This document shows positions 11,314 through 21,933 of a stretch of DNA of 64,000 bases, one piece after another; the first letter of the stretch is position 1, and each line of letters starts with the position of its first letter. Position numbers and translations under genes: made by a program. Under the pieces are notes generated by a model. It did not search any database and was not told the origin of the DNA. It saw nothing but the letters and a program-made list of their open reading frames with translations. This DNA is from an uncultured Actinomycetota bacterium (GTDB lineage Bacteria > Actinomycetota > Actinomycetes > Actinomycetales > Dermatophilaceae), in contig CAWDXP010000026.1 of the NCBI GenBank assembly GCA_963806295.1, positions 127,924 to 191,923 of the forward strand, given 5' to 3'.

Positions 11314-12228
11314 TCACAGGCCCCCGCCGCTGAAGGCCTCCATGATCGTGATGGCGCCGGGCCCGATGATGACGATGAACAGCGCCGGGAAGATGCACAG
11401 CAGCAGGGGGAACAGGATCTTGACGGTGACCTGCTGGGCCTTCTCCTCGGCGCGCTGACGCCGCGCGAGGCGCATCTCCTTGGTCTGCTCGCGCAGGACG
11501 GCGGCGATCGGCAGGCCCATCCGGTCGGCCTGCACCAGCGCGCTCACGAAGTTCTTCACGTCCGGCGTCGAGACCCGCTGCCCGAGGGCGGCGAAGGCCT
11601 CGCCGCGGGACTCGCCGATCTGCATCTCGGAGATGACCCGGGCGAACTCGCCACCGATCGGGCCGGTCACGGTCTTGGCGACCTGCATGATCGCCGCGTC
11701 GAACCCCTGCCCCGCCTCGACGCACACGGTGAGCATGTCCAGCGCCTCGGCGAGACCCCTGGTCAGCTCCTGCTGGCGCTTCGCCCCGGCGTTGTAGACC
11801 AACAGGTCGGGCAGGAAGAAGCCCGCCACGCCGGCCAACGCCGCCACCAGCAGCCCGCGCACGTCGAACCCGAGGAAGACGACGGCGACGAAGGCGGCCA
11901 GCACCATGCAGACCGCCTTGGCGGCCATGACCCGCTCGATGTTCCACCCCGACGGGTTGCCGGCCCGGTCGAGCGACCGGGCGATGCGGGTGCCGGCTCC
12001 CGCCGGCGACAGCCGCTCCCCCACCCGGCGCAGCGCGTCGACGACCGGTGCCACGAGCCGGTCGCGGGCCGCGAGCTCGTTCTTGGCCACGGACCGCGTC
12101 GTCGGCTGGTAGTTGATCAGCTCGAGGGACCGGGCGACCCCGGAGGTGCCGCCGGAGCCGCCGCCGCCCACGAGCACCACGACACCGACCGCCAGCACGA
12201 CGAGCACGAGTCCGAGGAAGAGCAGCAC
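11314..12228 (-). CDS. tadC: Tad pilus platform protein TadC (T2SS-F family)
   Basis: 'ALDMLTVCVEAGQGFDAA', 'QADRMGLPIAAVLR', 'AEEKAQQVTVKILFPL'. Confidence 0.93.
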   Translation of the reverse strand: MLLFLGLVLVVLAVGVVVLVGGGGSGGTSGVARSLELINYQPTTRSVAKNELAARDRLVAPVVDALRRVGERLSPAGAGTRIARSLDRAGNPSGWNIERVMAAKAVCMVLAAFVAVVFLGFDVRGLLVAALAGVAGFFLPDLLVYNAGAKRQQELTRGLAEALDMLTVCVEAGQGFDAAIMQVAKTVTGPIGGEFARVISEMQIGESRGEAFAALGQRVSTPDVKNFVSALVQADRMGLPIAAVLREQTKEMRLARRQRAEEKAQQVTVKILFPLLLCIFPALFIVIIGPGAITIMEAFSGGGL

Positions 12229-12229
12229 G

Positions 12230-14212
12230 TCACACCTCGATCGCCACGGTCTTGCGCATCCACAAGATGCCGACCAGCATGGCCAGGATGCCCATCACGG
12301 TCATGACCAGGCCGGGCAGGGTGGTCCACAGCAGGCTCACGTAGTCGTAGTTGCTCCACATCGAGAACAGCAGGACGCCGATCGGCAGGGCGATGAGGAT
12401 GTAGGCCGACAGGCGGCCCTCCGCGGACAGCGCCTTGACGTGCCGCTTGAGCATCTCGCGCTCGCGCAGCGTCGCGGCGGTCGTGCGCAGCGTGTCGGCC
12501 AGGTTGCCGCCCACCTCGCGCTGGATGCGGATCGCCATCACCGCCCAGCGCATGTTGTCGCTCGCCATCCGCACCGCCACGTGCTCGAGGGCGTCGGAGA
12601 TGTCGGCGCCGATCCGGCTCTCGGCCAGGGCCCGGGAGAACTCCTTGGCGGCCGGCTCCGCGGCGTCGCGGGCGACCGAGTCCAGGGCCTGGAGCAGCGA
12701 GAACCCGCTCGACAGGCTGGTCGCGACGAGCATCATCACGTCGGGCAGCACGGACTCGAACTTCCTGGCCCGGCGGTTCGCGAGGTGGCGCAGGGCCAGC
12801 ACGGGGAACAGCAGGCCGACCACCACCCCCACCAGGATGCCCAGGAGCAGCGAGCCGCCCAGCAGGAGGGAGAACACGGCGATGCTGACCACGACGCAGA
12901 TGAAGCGGATGAGGAACCACTCCCCGGCCCGCCACGGCAGGTCGGCACGCTCGATGCGCTGCATCGTCTTGGTGGTGGACTCCCGGCCGGACATGAACTG
13001 GTCGCCCATCGAGATCAGCTGCTCGCTGAGCTGCCGCTGGCCGGCGCCCTGCGCCGTGGTGGCCGAGCCGCCCCCCATCCCGTACTCCTCGACCTGGGCC
13101 AGCCGGGCCAGACGCCGCGACCGGAAGGCGGGTGCGAAGAGCACCACCACCATGAGGAACACGCTGAGGAGGACCGCACCGACGGCGATCGGCAGGAAGA
13201 CGCCCGAGATGCCGGCGACCTGCGCCGCCCGGGCCTGCCCGTTGACCGTCCCGTCGGGGAGGGGTCCGGCTGCCGACGGGTCGACCACCGGCTCGCTCGC
13301 GGTCACGTCGGCCTTCTGCACCGTGCGGAAGGCCTGCCCGTCGGCCGTGCCCTCCATCGAGATGTCGTACGTGCCCACCAGGCCCGCTGGGACGACGAGG
13401 TCGAAGCGCACCTGGGAGGCCAGGGTCCGTGCGGCGTTGTCGAAGGCGGCCCGCACCGCGGCGCGGTCGGCGGCGCTGGCCACCGTGCCACCGCCGGCCT
13501 TGGCGAAGGCGACGAGCGTGGACCGGCCGGCGTCGTTGTTGAAGGCGACGACCTCGGCCCGCACCTTGCCGTCGGCCAGCGCGCGGATCGCCGCGGTGCG
13601 CTGGGACCGCTCGACGGCGGCGCCACCGTCGTCGGCGACGGTGTCCTCGCCGTCACTGAGCAGCATGATGCTGCGCTCCCCGGTGCTGCCGAGCGCGGCG
13701 ACCGACTTCTGCACGGCCTGGTAGAGGGACGTCTCCCCGCGAGCCTTCAGCCCGTTGACGACGCGCTGCACGCGGCTCCGGTCCAGGGTCGGCGCGAGGT
13801 CGACGCCCGCCGTGTCGGCGAAGCTGACCACGCCGACCTTCACGTCCTTGGGGACGGCGGAGAGGAAGTCCGAGACCGCCTTGCGCGTGGTCGCCATCCC
13901 GTCCGCCCCCATCGACCCGCTGGTGTCGATGACCAGCATCGTGGTGCGCGGCGAGCCCGTCGCCGGGGACAGCGTGACCACCGCGGACCTGCCGTCGACC
14001 CGGGCGATCACCTGGGTGGTGTCGATCTTCGCGGGGTCGACACCCCGGATGACGAGCGCCCCGGTCACGTGCCCGTCGGCGCTGCGCAGGTCGCTCATCG
14101 TCGCCGTGGCGTCGGCGGACGCCGGGGGTGCGGCCAGGGCGAGCGCGGTCAGCGAGATGGCCGCCAGGCTGCTCAACCGGGCGAGCACCGCGTGGTCGGC
14201 CAGCCAGCTCAC
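12230..14212 (-). CDS. tadB: TadB fused to an N-terminal signal peptide and vWA domain
   Basis: Signal 'ALALAAPPASA', MIDAS 'IDTSGSM..GETSL..LLSDG', C-terminal 'IQREVGGNLADTL..LSAEGRLSA'. Confidence 0.92.
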   Translation of the reverse strand: MSWLADHAVLARLSSLAAISLTALALAAPPASADATATMSDLRSADGHVTGALVIRGVDPAKIDTTQVIARVDGRSAVVTLSPATGSPRTTMLVIDTSGSMGADGMATTRKAVSDFLSAVPKDVKVGVVSFADTAGVDLAPTLDRSRVQRVVNGLKARGETSLYQAVQKSVAALGSTGERSIMLLSDGEDTVADDGGAAVERSQRTAAIRALADGKVRAEVVAFNNDAGRSTLVAFAKAGGGTVASAADRAAVRAAFDNAARTLASQVRFDLVVPAGLVGTYDISMEGTADGQAFRTVQKADVTASEPVVDPSAAGPLPDGTVNGQARAAQVAGISGVFLPIAVGAVLLSVFLMVVVLFAPAFRSRRLARLAQVEEYGMGGGSATTAQGAGQRQLSEQLISMGDQFMSGRESTTKTMQRIERADLPWRAGEWFLIRFICVVVSIAVFSLLLGGSLLLGILVGVVVGLLFPVLALRHLANRRARKFESVLPDVMMLVATSLSSGFSLLQALDSVARDAAEPAAKEFSRALAESRIGADISDALEHVAVRMASDNMRWAVMAIRIQREVGGNLADTLRTTAATLREREMLKRHVKALSAEGRLSAYILIALPIGVLLFSMWSNYDYVSLLWTTLPGLVMTVMGILAMLVGILWMRKTVAIEV

Positions 14213-15582
14213 AGACGCGCTCCGAACAGGGACAGCGGCAGGTCGATGCCCAGGTCGCTGAGGTCCTTGGTGAACTTGGGTCGCAGCCCGGTGCTGATCA
14301 GCTGTCCGCGGAAGCGGCCGTTCTCGTCGCGTCCGGCCGAGTAGTCGAACGTGAACAGGTCCTGCATCGTCACGATCTCGCCCTCCATGCCGACGACCTC
14401 GGTGATCGCGGTGATCCGCCGGGTCCCGTCCTTGAGCCGCGCCTGCTGCACGACCAGGTCGAGGGCACCGGTGACCTGCTCTCGGATGGCGCGTACCGGC
14501 AGGTCGACGCCGGCCATCAGCACCATCGTCTCGAGCCGGGCCAGCGAGTCGCGGGGGCTGTTGGCGTGCACGGTCGTGATCGACCCGTCGTGGCCGGTGT
14601 TCATCGCCTGCAGCATGTCGAGGGCGGCGCCGTCGCGGACCTCGCCGACGACGATCCGGTCGGGCCGCATGCGCAGCGAGTTCTTGACCAGGTCCCGGAT
14701 GTCGATCTCGCCGCGACCCTCGATGTTCGCCGGACGTGACTCCAGGCGCAGCACGTGGTCCTGGTGGAGCTGGAGCTCCGCGGCGTCCTCGATGGTGATG
14801 ATCCGCTCGTCGTCGGGGATGAACGAGGAGATGACGTTGAGCGTCGTCGTCTTGCCCGACCCGGTGCCACCGGAGATGACGATGTTGCGGCGACCGAGCA
14901 CGCAGGCCCGCAGGAAGTCGCGCACCACCGGCGAGAACGTGCCGAAGGCGATCAGGTCGGCGTCGTTGAACGGGTCCTTGGAGAACTTGCGGATGGTGAG
15001 CATGGCGCCGTCGAGGGCGATCGGTGAGATCACGGCGTTGACGCGCGAGCCGTCGGGCAGCCGGGCGTCGACCAGCGGGCTGGCCTCGTCGACGCGGCGT
15101 CCGACCCGGCCGACGATCTTGTCGATGACCCGGCGCAGGTGGGCCTCGCTCGCGAACTGGATGTCGACCGGGTACAGCTTGCCGGCCCGCTCGACGTAGA
15201 TGGAGTCCGGCCCGTTGACCATGATCTCGGTGACCTCCGGGTCACGCAGCAGCGGCTCGAGCGGCCCGTGGCCGAGGATCTCGTCCGACACCTCCTGCGC
15301 GATGCGGGTGCGGTCGGCGTGCGAGAGGGGCGTCTGCTCGGAGTCGATGGTGACCTGCAGGGTCTGGCGCACCTGCGCCGCCAGCTCGGCCTCGGGGAGG
15401 TGCGGGTCGTACAGGCGAGGGCCGAGGCTCTCGATGAGCGCCGCGTGCACGCGTTCCTTGACCTCGCCGAACGGGTCGACGAGGTGTCGCCTCGGCGCCG
15501 AGCCGGGCGGGCCTGCCGTGGCCTCGCTCGTGGGCACCGGCTGCGAGCGCCGGGCGCTGTCGAGCCGGTCGGCGAGGCTCAT
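14209..15582 (-). CDS. cpaF: CpaF/TadA pilus assembly ATPase
   Basis: 'EIMVNGP', Walker A 'GGTGSGKTT', 'IEDAAEL', 'LRMRPDRIVVGEVR', 'AMNTGHDG'. Confidence 0.97.
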   Translation of the reverse strand: MSLADRLDSARRSQPVPTSEATAGPPGSAPRRHLVDPFGEVKERVHAALIESLGPRLYDPHLPEAELAAQVRQTLQVTIDSEQTPLSHADRTRIAQEVSDEILGHGPLEPLLRDPEVTEIMVNGPDSIYVERAGKLYPVDIQFASEAHLRRVIDKIVGRVGRRVDEASPLVDARLPDGSRVNAVISPIALDGAMLTIRKFSKDPFNDADLIAFGTFSPVVRDFLRACVLGRRNIVISGGTGSGKTTTLNVISSFIPDDERIITIEDAAELQLHQDHVLRLESRPANIEGRGEIDIRDLVKNSLRMRPDRIVVGEVRDGAALDMLQAMNTGHDGSITTVHANSPRDSLARLETMVLMAGVDLPVRAIREQVTGALDLVVQQARLKDGTRRITAITEVVGMEGEIVTMQDLFTFDYSAGRDENGRFRGQLISTGLRPKFTKDLSDLGIDLPLSLFGARL

Positions 15583-16766
15583 CGCCGGGACCTGAACAGG
15601 GACCGGCGGACGGCGTGGGCGCCGTGGGCCGGCGCCTCGCCGACGTCCTTGCGGGGTGCGCGCAGGTGGGTGTCGGTGAGCTCGCGGATCGAGGCGCTCA
15701 CTGCGCCCCTGGGGTCGTCCAGCATGATCGGGACGCCCCGGTTGATGGAGGCCGGGACCGTGCGGGAGTTCGGGATGTTGACGGCGATGTCGGTCTTGAT
15801 CGCGGTGACGACGTCCTCGGGCCGCAGGCCCACCTTGACGTCGGCCTTGTTCAGCACGATCACCCGGGCGTCCCGGGGGCTGCCCAGCATGTCGAGCGTG
15901 TCGAGGGCGACGCGCAGGTTCTTGACCGCCGGGATGTCCAGGGTCGCGATGAGGACCAGCTTGGTGCTGATGTCGCACGAGGCCAGCACGTGCTCGGTGA
16001 ACGACGGCGGCGTGTCGACGACGATGTAGTCGTACTGCGTGCGAGCGACCTTGAGCAGCTCGCTGACCACGTTGACCGGGATGCGGTCGGCCTCGCCGGG
16101 GTCGCTGGGCGCACAGATGACGTCGAGGCCGGCCGGCTCGTAGCGCGTCACCAGCGAGGCGAGCCCCTCGTCGTCGAGGTGGCCGCGCATCGCGACCGCG
16201 TCGTAGATCGAGCTGGTCGGCCGCAGCTGCAGGCTGATGGCGACGTCGCCGAACGCCAGGTCGAGGTCGATGAGCAGGGTCTTGGCCTTGGTGGCCGCGA
16301 GATGTACGGCGACGTTGGTCGAGATCGTCGTCTTGCCGACACCGCCCTTGGCCGAGAACACCGTGATGACCTCGCCGCTCTCGCGGGCCGTCGCCCCGGC
16401 CAGGTGGCCGAGCAGCCGAGCCGTCAGCTCGCGGCTGCGGCGCAGGGCGTCCGCGATCGCGGACTGGTCGTCGGCGGCCACGACCTCACGGATGCCGCTG
16501 CGCAGGGCAGAGCTCAGGGTGATCACGTCCACGCGGGGTCGCAGCAGGATGACGCCGAGCTCGGGGCGGTCGAGCCGGGTCGCCTCGGCCAGCTCGCAGG
16601 CCTGCTCGAGCAGCACGTCCGGGCCGATCACGACCTGCTGGATGCTCAGGTCGTCGTGCAGCACGCGGGTCACCATGACGGCGGAGTCGAGCGTCTGCGT
16701 GTCGGCGCCGAGCACGAAGCGGTAGCGCTCCAGGGCGTCAGGAGCGGGGTCCCAGAGGATGATCAC
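15579..16766 (-). CDS. cpaE: CpaE/TadZ (atypical REC + MinD/ParA-like ATPase)
   Basis: 'FSAKGGVGKTT', 'LIDLDLAFGD', 'DYIVVDTP'. Located between cpaB and cpaF. Confidence 0.92.
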   Translation of the reverse strand: MIILWDPAPDALERYRFVLGADTQTLDSAVMVTRVLHDDLSIQQVVIGPDVLLEQACELAEATRLDRPELGVILLRPRVDVITLSSALRSGIREVVAADDQSAIADALRRSRELTARLLGHLAGATARESGEVITVFSAKGGVGKTTISTNVAVHLAATKAKTLLIDLDLAFGDVAISLQLRPTSSIYDAVAMRGHLDDEGLASLVTRYEPAGLDVICAPSDPGEADRIPVNVVSELLKVARTQYDYIVVDTPPSFTEHVLASCDISTKLVLIATLDIPAVKNLRVALDTLDMLGSPRDARVIVLNKADVKVGLRPEDVVTAIKTDIAVNIPNSRTVPASINRGVPIMLDDPRGAVSASIRELTDTHLRAPRKDVGEAPAHGAHAVRRSLFRSRR

Positions 16767-16769
16767 GGC

Positions 16770-17537
16770 TCAACCCCCGAACACGGTCTGGTCGGTGGTC
16801 TGCAGCCTGGGGTCGACCTTGACCTCGGTGCCTCGCAGGCTGGCGTACAGGGTGTACTGGTTCACCGCGTGGACGAGCTTGGCCGCCTGCTCGGGAGTGA
16901 CGGCCAGGGTCACCAGGAAGCTGGCACCCTGCGCCTCCGCGGCCTCGGCCTCCCCCTCGGCGGTGGTCGGCGTCGCACCGCCCTGGAGGGGCGTCGCCCC
17001 GAGGCCGATCACCTGGACGTTGTCGAGCAGCACGGAGGTGGCCATGCCCGGCGAGGACTCCGCTGCGCCCTTGGCGGCCAGCGGGTGGGTGGCGAAGATC
17101 GTGAGGAAGCTGCCCGGCGTGACGAAGCTGCCGACCCGCGCGGGGTCCGACAGCGCCACCGAGACGGCGAGCTTGCCGGCCGGCACCTGGATCAGCTTCT
17201 CGCCCTGGGGGGTGTCACCGAACGACGCGGCGAGCACGTACTGCCCCGGCGGGATGTCGGTGACCGCCAGCAGCGAGGCGTTCTCGTCGGTGACCTGGGT
17301 GAGCGCCCCCGCCGGCACCCCGTTGGCGGGGACCTGGGTCTCGGTCAGCATCTGCAGGCGCAGGGCGTCGCGCACGCTCGTGCCGGCCGGGATCTGCAGC
17401 GAGGAGGTGTAGACCGTCTTGGGGGAGGCGGCGGAGACGGCGCGCTGGTCGGCGTTGCGTGCGTAGAGCAGCACCATGACACCGCCGATCAGGGCGAGCA
17501 CGGCTGCCACCATGATGACGAGGATTCGGCGACCCAT
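16770..17537 (-). CDS. cpaB: CpaB/RcpC Flp pilus assembly protein
   Basis: N-terminal TM anchor, SAF-like 'IPAGTS', 'GKLAVSV..RVGSFVTPG', 'VTLAVTPEQAAKL'. Confidence 0.9.
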   Translation of the reverse strand: MGRRILVIMVAAVLALIGGVMVLLYARNADQRAVSAASPKTVYTSSLQIPAGTSVRDALRLQMLTETQVPANGVPAGALTQVTDENASLLAVTDIPPGQYVLAASFGDTPQGEKLIQVPAGKLAVSVALSDPARVGSFVTPGSFLTIFATHPLAAKGAAESSPGMATSVLLDNVQVIGLGATPLQGGATPTTAEGEAEAAEAQGASFLVTLAVTPEQAAKLVHAVNQYTLYASLRGTEVKVDPRLQTTDQTVFGG

Positions 17538-17616
17538 GACGTGGACGTCCTTCGGGGTATGTGCACGGGCTCGCCGTCATGGTCGAGGCACGACGAGCCG
17601 TGCAGTGTCACATGGC

Positions 17617-17784
17617 CTAGAGCGAGCTGGCCATCCCCTGGAAGATGTTGGCGAGTTGCGGGCCGATCAGCGCGACGGCGGCGAGGATCACGAGGGCGAT
17701 CCCGGTCGCCATCAGGGCGTACTCGGCGGCGGTCGCCCCCCGCTCACCTCGCTGGGCGGCATGAACGCCGGAGTCCCTGTACAC
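17617..17784 (-). CDS. flp: Second Flp-family pilin (55 aa, absent from the ORF track)
   Basis: Hand translation MYRDSGVHAAQRGERG|ATAAEYALMATGIALVILAAVALIGPQLANIFQGMASSL. AGGAGG RBS and G|xxxxEY prepilin motif. Confidence 0.92.
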   Translation of the reverse strand: MYRDSGVHAAQRGERGATAAEYALMATGIALVILAAVALIGPQLANIFQGMASSL

Positions 17785-17845
17785 GTGGACCTCCTGGCCC
17801 AGGACTGGGGTGGCCGCGCGGTGGCGGCCCGGTACGAACGATGAC

Positions 17846-17883
17846 CGCGGTCGGCCCGGGCGAGACCCCGGGAGCCGACCGCG
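17846..17883 (-). terminator. GC-rich hairpin downstream of the first flp (terminator or mRNA stabiliser)
   Basis: CGCGGTCGGC-CCGGG..CCCGGG-A-GCCGACCGCG inverted repeat between the two pilin genes. Confidence 0.6.
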
Positions 17884-17894
17884 ACGACCGATGG

Positions 17895-18065
17895 TCAGCC
17901 GAGGCTGTCGGCCACGTCGTTGAAGAGTGCGCTGAGGTTGTCGCCGAGGAGCGCAACGGCAGCGATGATGACGATCGCGATGAGGGCGACCATCAGACCG
18001 TACTCAACGGCCGTGGCGCCCTTCTCGGAGCGAAGGGTGCTGAGCTTGACGAGTGCCTTGGTCAT
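17895..18065 (-). CDS. flp: Flp-family major pilin (56 aa)
   Basis: MTKALVKLSTLRSEKG|ATAVEYGLMVALIAIVIIAAVALLGDNLSALFNDVADSLG. AAAGGA RBS. Confidence 0.96.
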   Translation of the reverse strand: MTKALVKLSTLRSEKGATAVEYGLMVALIAIVIIAAVALLGDNLSALFNDVADSLG

Positions 18066-18276
18066 CGGAGTAGGTCCTTTCAAAACAGTATCTCGGACCC
18101 CTGCGCTCTCAGTCTTTCCCTGTGGGGCACGGCTCACCATGGCCCGACCGGACCGAAGTGGCTGACTGATCGGTCCATCCAGGCTGGGCCGAACGGATGA
18201 TGCCGGGCACCGGCACCGCTGGCGGGCGGGGCCTACCGTGGTGAGCGAACCCCATTCTGGGAGAGGCGGACCTCCG

Positions 18277-19736
18277 ATGAGCGACCGCGCCGAGCGGACC
18301 CGTGTCCGCGAGCCCGTCGCGGGGGTGGGGTCGACCCGACCGGTGCGTCGGCCCGGCCTCGCCACGTGGGGCTGGTCGGTGGCCGCCGGTGCGGTGACCG
18401 CGGCCCTGCTGACGGTGCGGAGCCGGCCGGACGTCGACCTCTGGCTGCACCTGCGCATCGGTGGCCTGCTGCGCGACGGCGGCCGCTTCGAGGGGCTGCC
18501 CGACCCGTTGGCCGTGCTGCCCGACCGGTCCTACGTCCCCACCCAGTGGCTCGCGCAGGTGTCGATGTCGGGCCTGTACGACGCGGGGGGGATGGCGGCG
18601 ATCCAGCTGCTCCGCGTCATCCTCGTGGTCGCCCTGGTCGGTCTCGTCGCGCTCGCCTGCCGCACCGTCGCCGGTCCCACCGCCACGGCGGCGACGACGA
18701 CCGTGACGGCATTCGGCACCTCGGCGGCCTGGGGTGAGCGGCCCGCAGCTGCTGGGCACGCTGCTCCTGGCCGTCACCGTCCTGCTGTGGTGGCGAGCCG
18801 TGGTCCGGGGACGCGCTCCTTGGGCCGTGGTGCCGCTGACCTGGCTGTGGGCGTGCCTGCACGGGACCTGGCTCATCGGCGTGGCCGTCGGGGCGCTGTT
18901 CGTCGTCGGCGCCGCGCTCGACCGACGCTGGACGCGGCCGCACCCTGCTGTCGGCCGCTGCGGTGCCGGCAGCCGCGCTCCTTGCCGCCTGCCTCACCCC
19001 ACTCGGCCTGACGGCGGTGACCGAGCCGTTCCGCGTCGGGGAGGCCGCTCGCCTGTACGTGCACGAGTGGCAGCGCCCCACCCTGACGAACCCGCTGCTG
19101 GTGGTGGTCCTGCTCTCGGTCGCGGTGTCGCTGGCGAGCCTCGCAGTGCGCTCACCGGACCGGTGGCTGCGTGCCCTGACGACCCTGGCAGCCGCGGTGC
19201 TGGCGGTGTGGATGGTGCGCACCATCGCCGCCGGCGCGGTGGTGCTCGCCCCGGCCCTGGCCATCGGCCTGAGCGCCCTCGGCGACCATCGGCACCGGAC
19301 CGCACCCGAGCAGCGCACCAGGGAGTGGCAGGCCTGGCTGCTGGCGGGGCTGATCGCCACGGGGGTGGGTGCCTGGCACGCGGCCCGCACCGACTGGGGG
19401 CCGCCGGTCTCGTCGCAGGTCTCGACTGCGTTGTCCCGGTTGTCACCCGGCGCGGTGCTGGCCGTCGACGGCCGGGCCGTCGGGTGGCTCCAGCTCACCC
19501 ATCCCGGCCTGCACCCCCTCAAGGACCTCCGGGCCGAGGTCTACTCGGCGCAGACCACGCGCGAGTACAAGGCGTTCGCGGACGCCCGGCCGGGCTGGGC
19601 CGAGTACGCGACGGAGCACCGTGTCGGCGCGATCCTCGCAGACCGGGACGAGCCGCTCGACCCGGCGATCGCGCAGGCCGGCACCTGGCAGCTCGCCGCC
19701 GCGGACGACGACTTCCGCCTCTGGGTGCAGCCGTGA
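18277..19736 (+). CDS. Polytopic membrane protein, GT-C-like (frameshifts near 18740 and 18960)
   Basis: First loop 'DVDLWLHLRIG..YVPTQWLAQ', 'LWACLHGTW', 'YVHEWQRP', many TM helices and a soluble tail with 'DLRAEVY'. Confidence 0.65.
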
Positions 19737-21920
19737 GGGCCGGGGCCGTCGCCCTCGCCCGGCACCGGGACGTGCTCGGGGCTGCGCTGGCGGCGCTGCT
19801 GGCAGCCGCCGTCGGCATGCTGTCCCTGCGGGTGTGGCAGTGGCGGCCCGGCATCCCGTTGTCGGTCGTCGGGGACAGCCCCGTCGTGCTCACCCAGCTC
19901 GACGACATCGTCGTCAACGGGTGGTTCTGGAGCAACCCGGCCCTCGGGTTCCCGCTGGGCCAGGACGCCTCCTTCTTCCCCGAGCTCGACGTCATCCACG
20001 TGCTGGGGGTCAAGGCCCTGGCCGTGTTCGGTGGTGACGGAGCGACGGTGGGCGCGCTCTACTTCTTCCTCGGCTTCCCGCTGGTCGCGGTGACCGCCTA
20101 CCTCCTGAGCCGCAGCGAGCACCTGGCCCGCCCGGCATCCGTCGTCGTGGCGGTGCTGTTCGCCGTCGCCCCCTACCACCAGGAGCGGTTCGAGCACCTC
20201 TGGCTCGCCTCCTACTGGACGGTGCCGGTCGCCCTGTGGCTGGTGCTGGCGGTCGCACGCGGGACGACCCCGTTCGACCCGGACGCACGCGCCACCCGAG
20301 CCGGCTGGGTGCTGACCCTGCTGGGGCTCACGCTGGTCGGGCTGAGCGGGGCCTACTACGCCGGGTTCACCCTGCTGCTGATGCTGGCCGTCCTCGTCCT
20401 GCGCGCCGGCACCGGCCGGGCGCCGGGCTGGTGGCGCGGCGGGCTCGCGAGCATGGCCCTCCTCGGCGCGGTGGCGGCCGTGCCTCTGGTGGTCGCCCGG
20501 ATCGGCATGGCGGGCACCGCGCTCACCGGGCCCCGCCCGGCCACCCGCTCGCCCCTGGAGTCGGAGCGGTACGCCGGTCGGCTGATCGACCTGGCCCTGC
20601 CGTGGGAGGGGCACCGGGTCGACGCCCTGGCCTCGCTGACCCAGACCTACCAGGCGGCCGGGCGGCCGGTGGTCGAGACCGTGGCGCTCGGCGTCGTGGG
20701 CCTGGTGGGGGTGACTGGCCTGCTCCTGGTCGGCCTGCGACGGCTCGCCACGGGCCGGATGACGCCGCCACGCGCTGACGCTGTGGGCGGCCCTGCTCGT
20801 GGTCGCCGGGCTCTTCTACACCGCCGGCGGGCTCGGCAGCGTCGTCGCCCTGGTGGCGACGCCCCAGCTGCGCACCTGGTCGCGCCTGTCCCTGGTGATC
20901 CTCCTGCTCGGGCTGCTCGCCGTGGGCCACTGGCTGAGCCGCCCGCACCGCCGGGCCGTGGCGCTCGCCCTCGCCGCGGCCGTGCTGGTCGTGGGTGCCC
21001 TCGACCAGACCAACCCGGGGCGGGCCCCCGACTACGCCGGCATCCAGCAGCGCGTCGCGGACCTGCGGGCCTACACGGCCACGCTCGCCGACGCCGCCAC
21101 CGCCGAACCCGGGTGCGGAGTGCTGCAGCTGCCGGTGATGCGCTTCCCCGAAGGCACCCTCCCGCCGGGGTACGACAGCAACGCCCAGCTGCTCCAGCAC
21201 CTCACCACGCGGCGGCTCGCCTGGAGCCACGGCGGGATGAGCGGGACCCGCGCGGGCGACTGGGCCCAGGGCATCGACCTCGACGACCCCGCGCGGCTGC
21301 TCCGGGAGCTGCGGGCCACGGGCTTCTGCGCCGTCGAGGTCGACACGGCCGGCGTCGCGCTCGAGACGCCGGCGGTCGCGGCGCTCACCGACCCCCTGGG
21401 CGAGCCGGTCGCCCGGACCGCCGACGGTCGGCTGGTGGCGTGGTCGCTCCTCGCGACCCCCTCGGGGATCCCGGCGGACGCGGCGCGCCTCCTCGCCCCC
21501 GTCCTCGTCGGCATGTCCTCCGGGCGGGTCGTGGTCGACGGCGACGAGGTGCACCAGGACAGTGGCCCGGCGTCGGCGCTCACCACCGCCAACCTCTCCC
21601 GCAGGGATGCCGTGCCCGTCCGGGTCTCCGTCGACGTCACCTCGCTGGGAGCACCCACCCGCGAGGTCGTCGTCCGCGACGGCGACCGGGTGCTGGCCCG
21701 CGCGACGGTCGGCGAGGGCTCCCCCACCTGGCTGTCGTTCGAGGTCACCGCTCCCCCGGGGTACCAACGGCTCACCGTGACGATCTCGGGCGACCCGGTG
21801 CGGGACACCCGCGACCGCAGTGTCTCGGCGCGCTTCGCCGACCTGACGGCCACGTCGGCCTCGAGCGCCCACGTCGTGAGCACCCACGACCAGGCGCGCA
21901 CCGCAGTGGTGGTTCCCTGA
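19733..21920 (+). CDS. Polytopic membrane protein, GT-C-like, with extracytoplasmic C-terminal domain (frameshift near 20770)
   Basis: 'VGDSPVV..NGWFWSNPALGFPLGQD..FFP', 'APYHQERFEHL', 'GAYYAGF', 'PQLRTWSR', 'VLQLPVMRFPE..WSHGGMSG'. GTG overlaps the upstream stop. Confidence 0.65.
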
Positions 21921-21933
21921 TGACGCACCCGGA

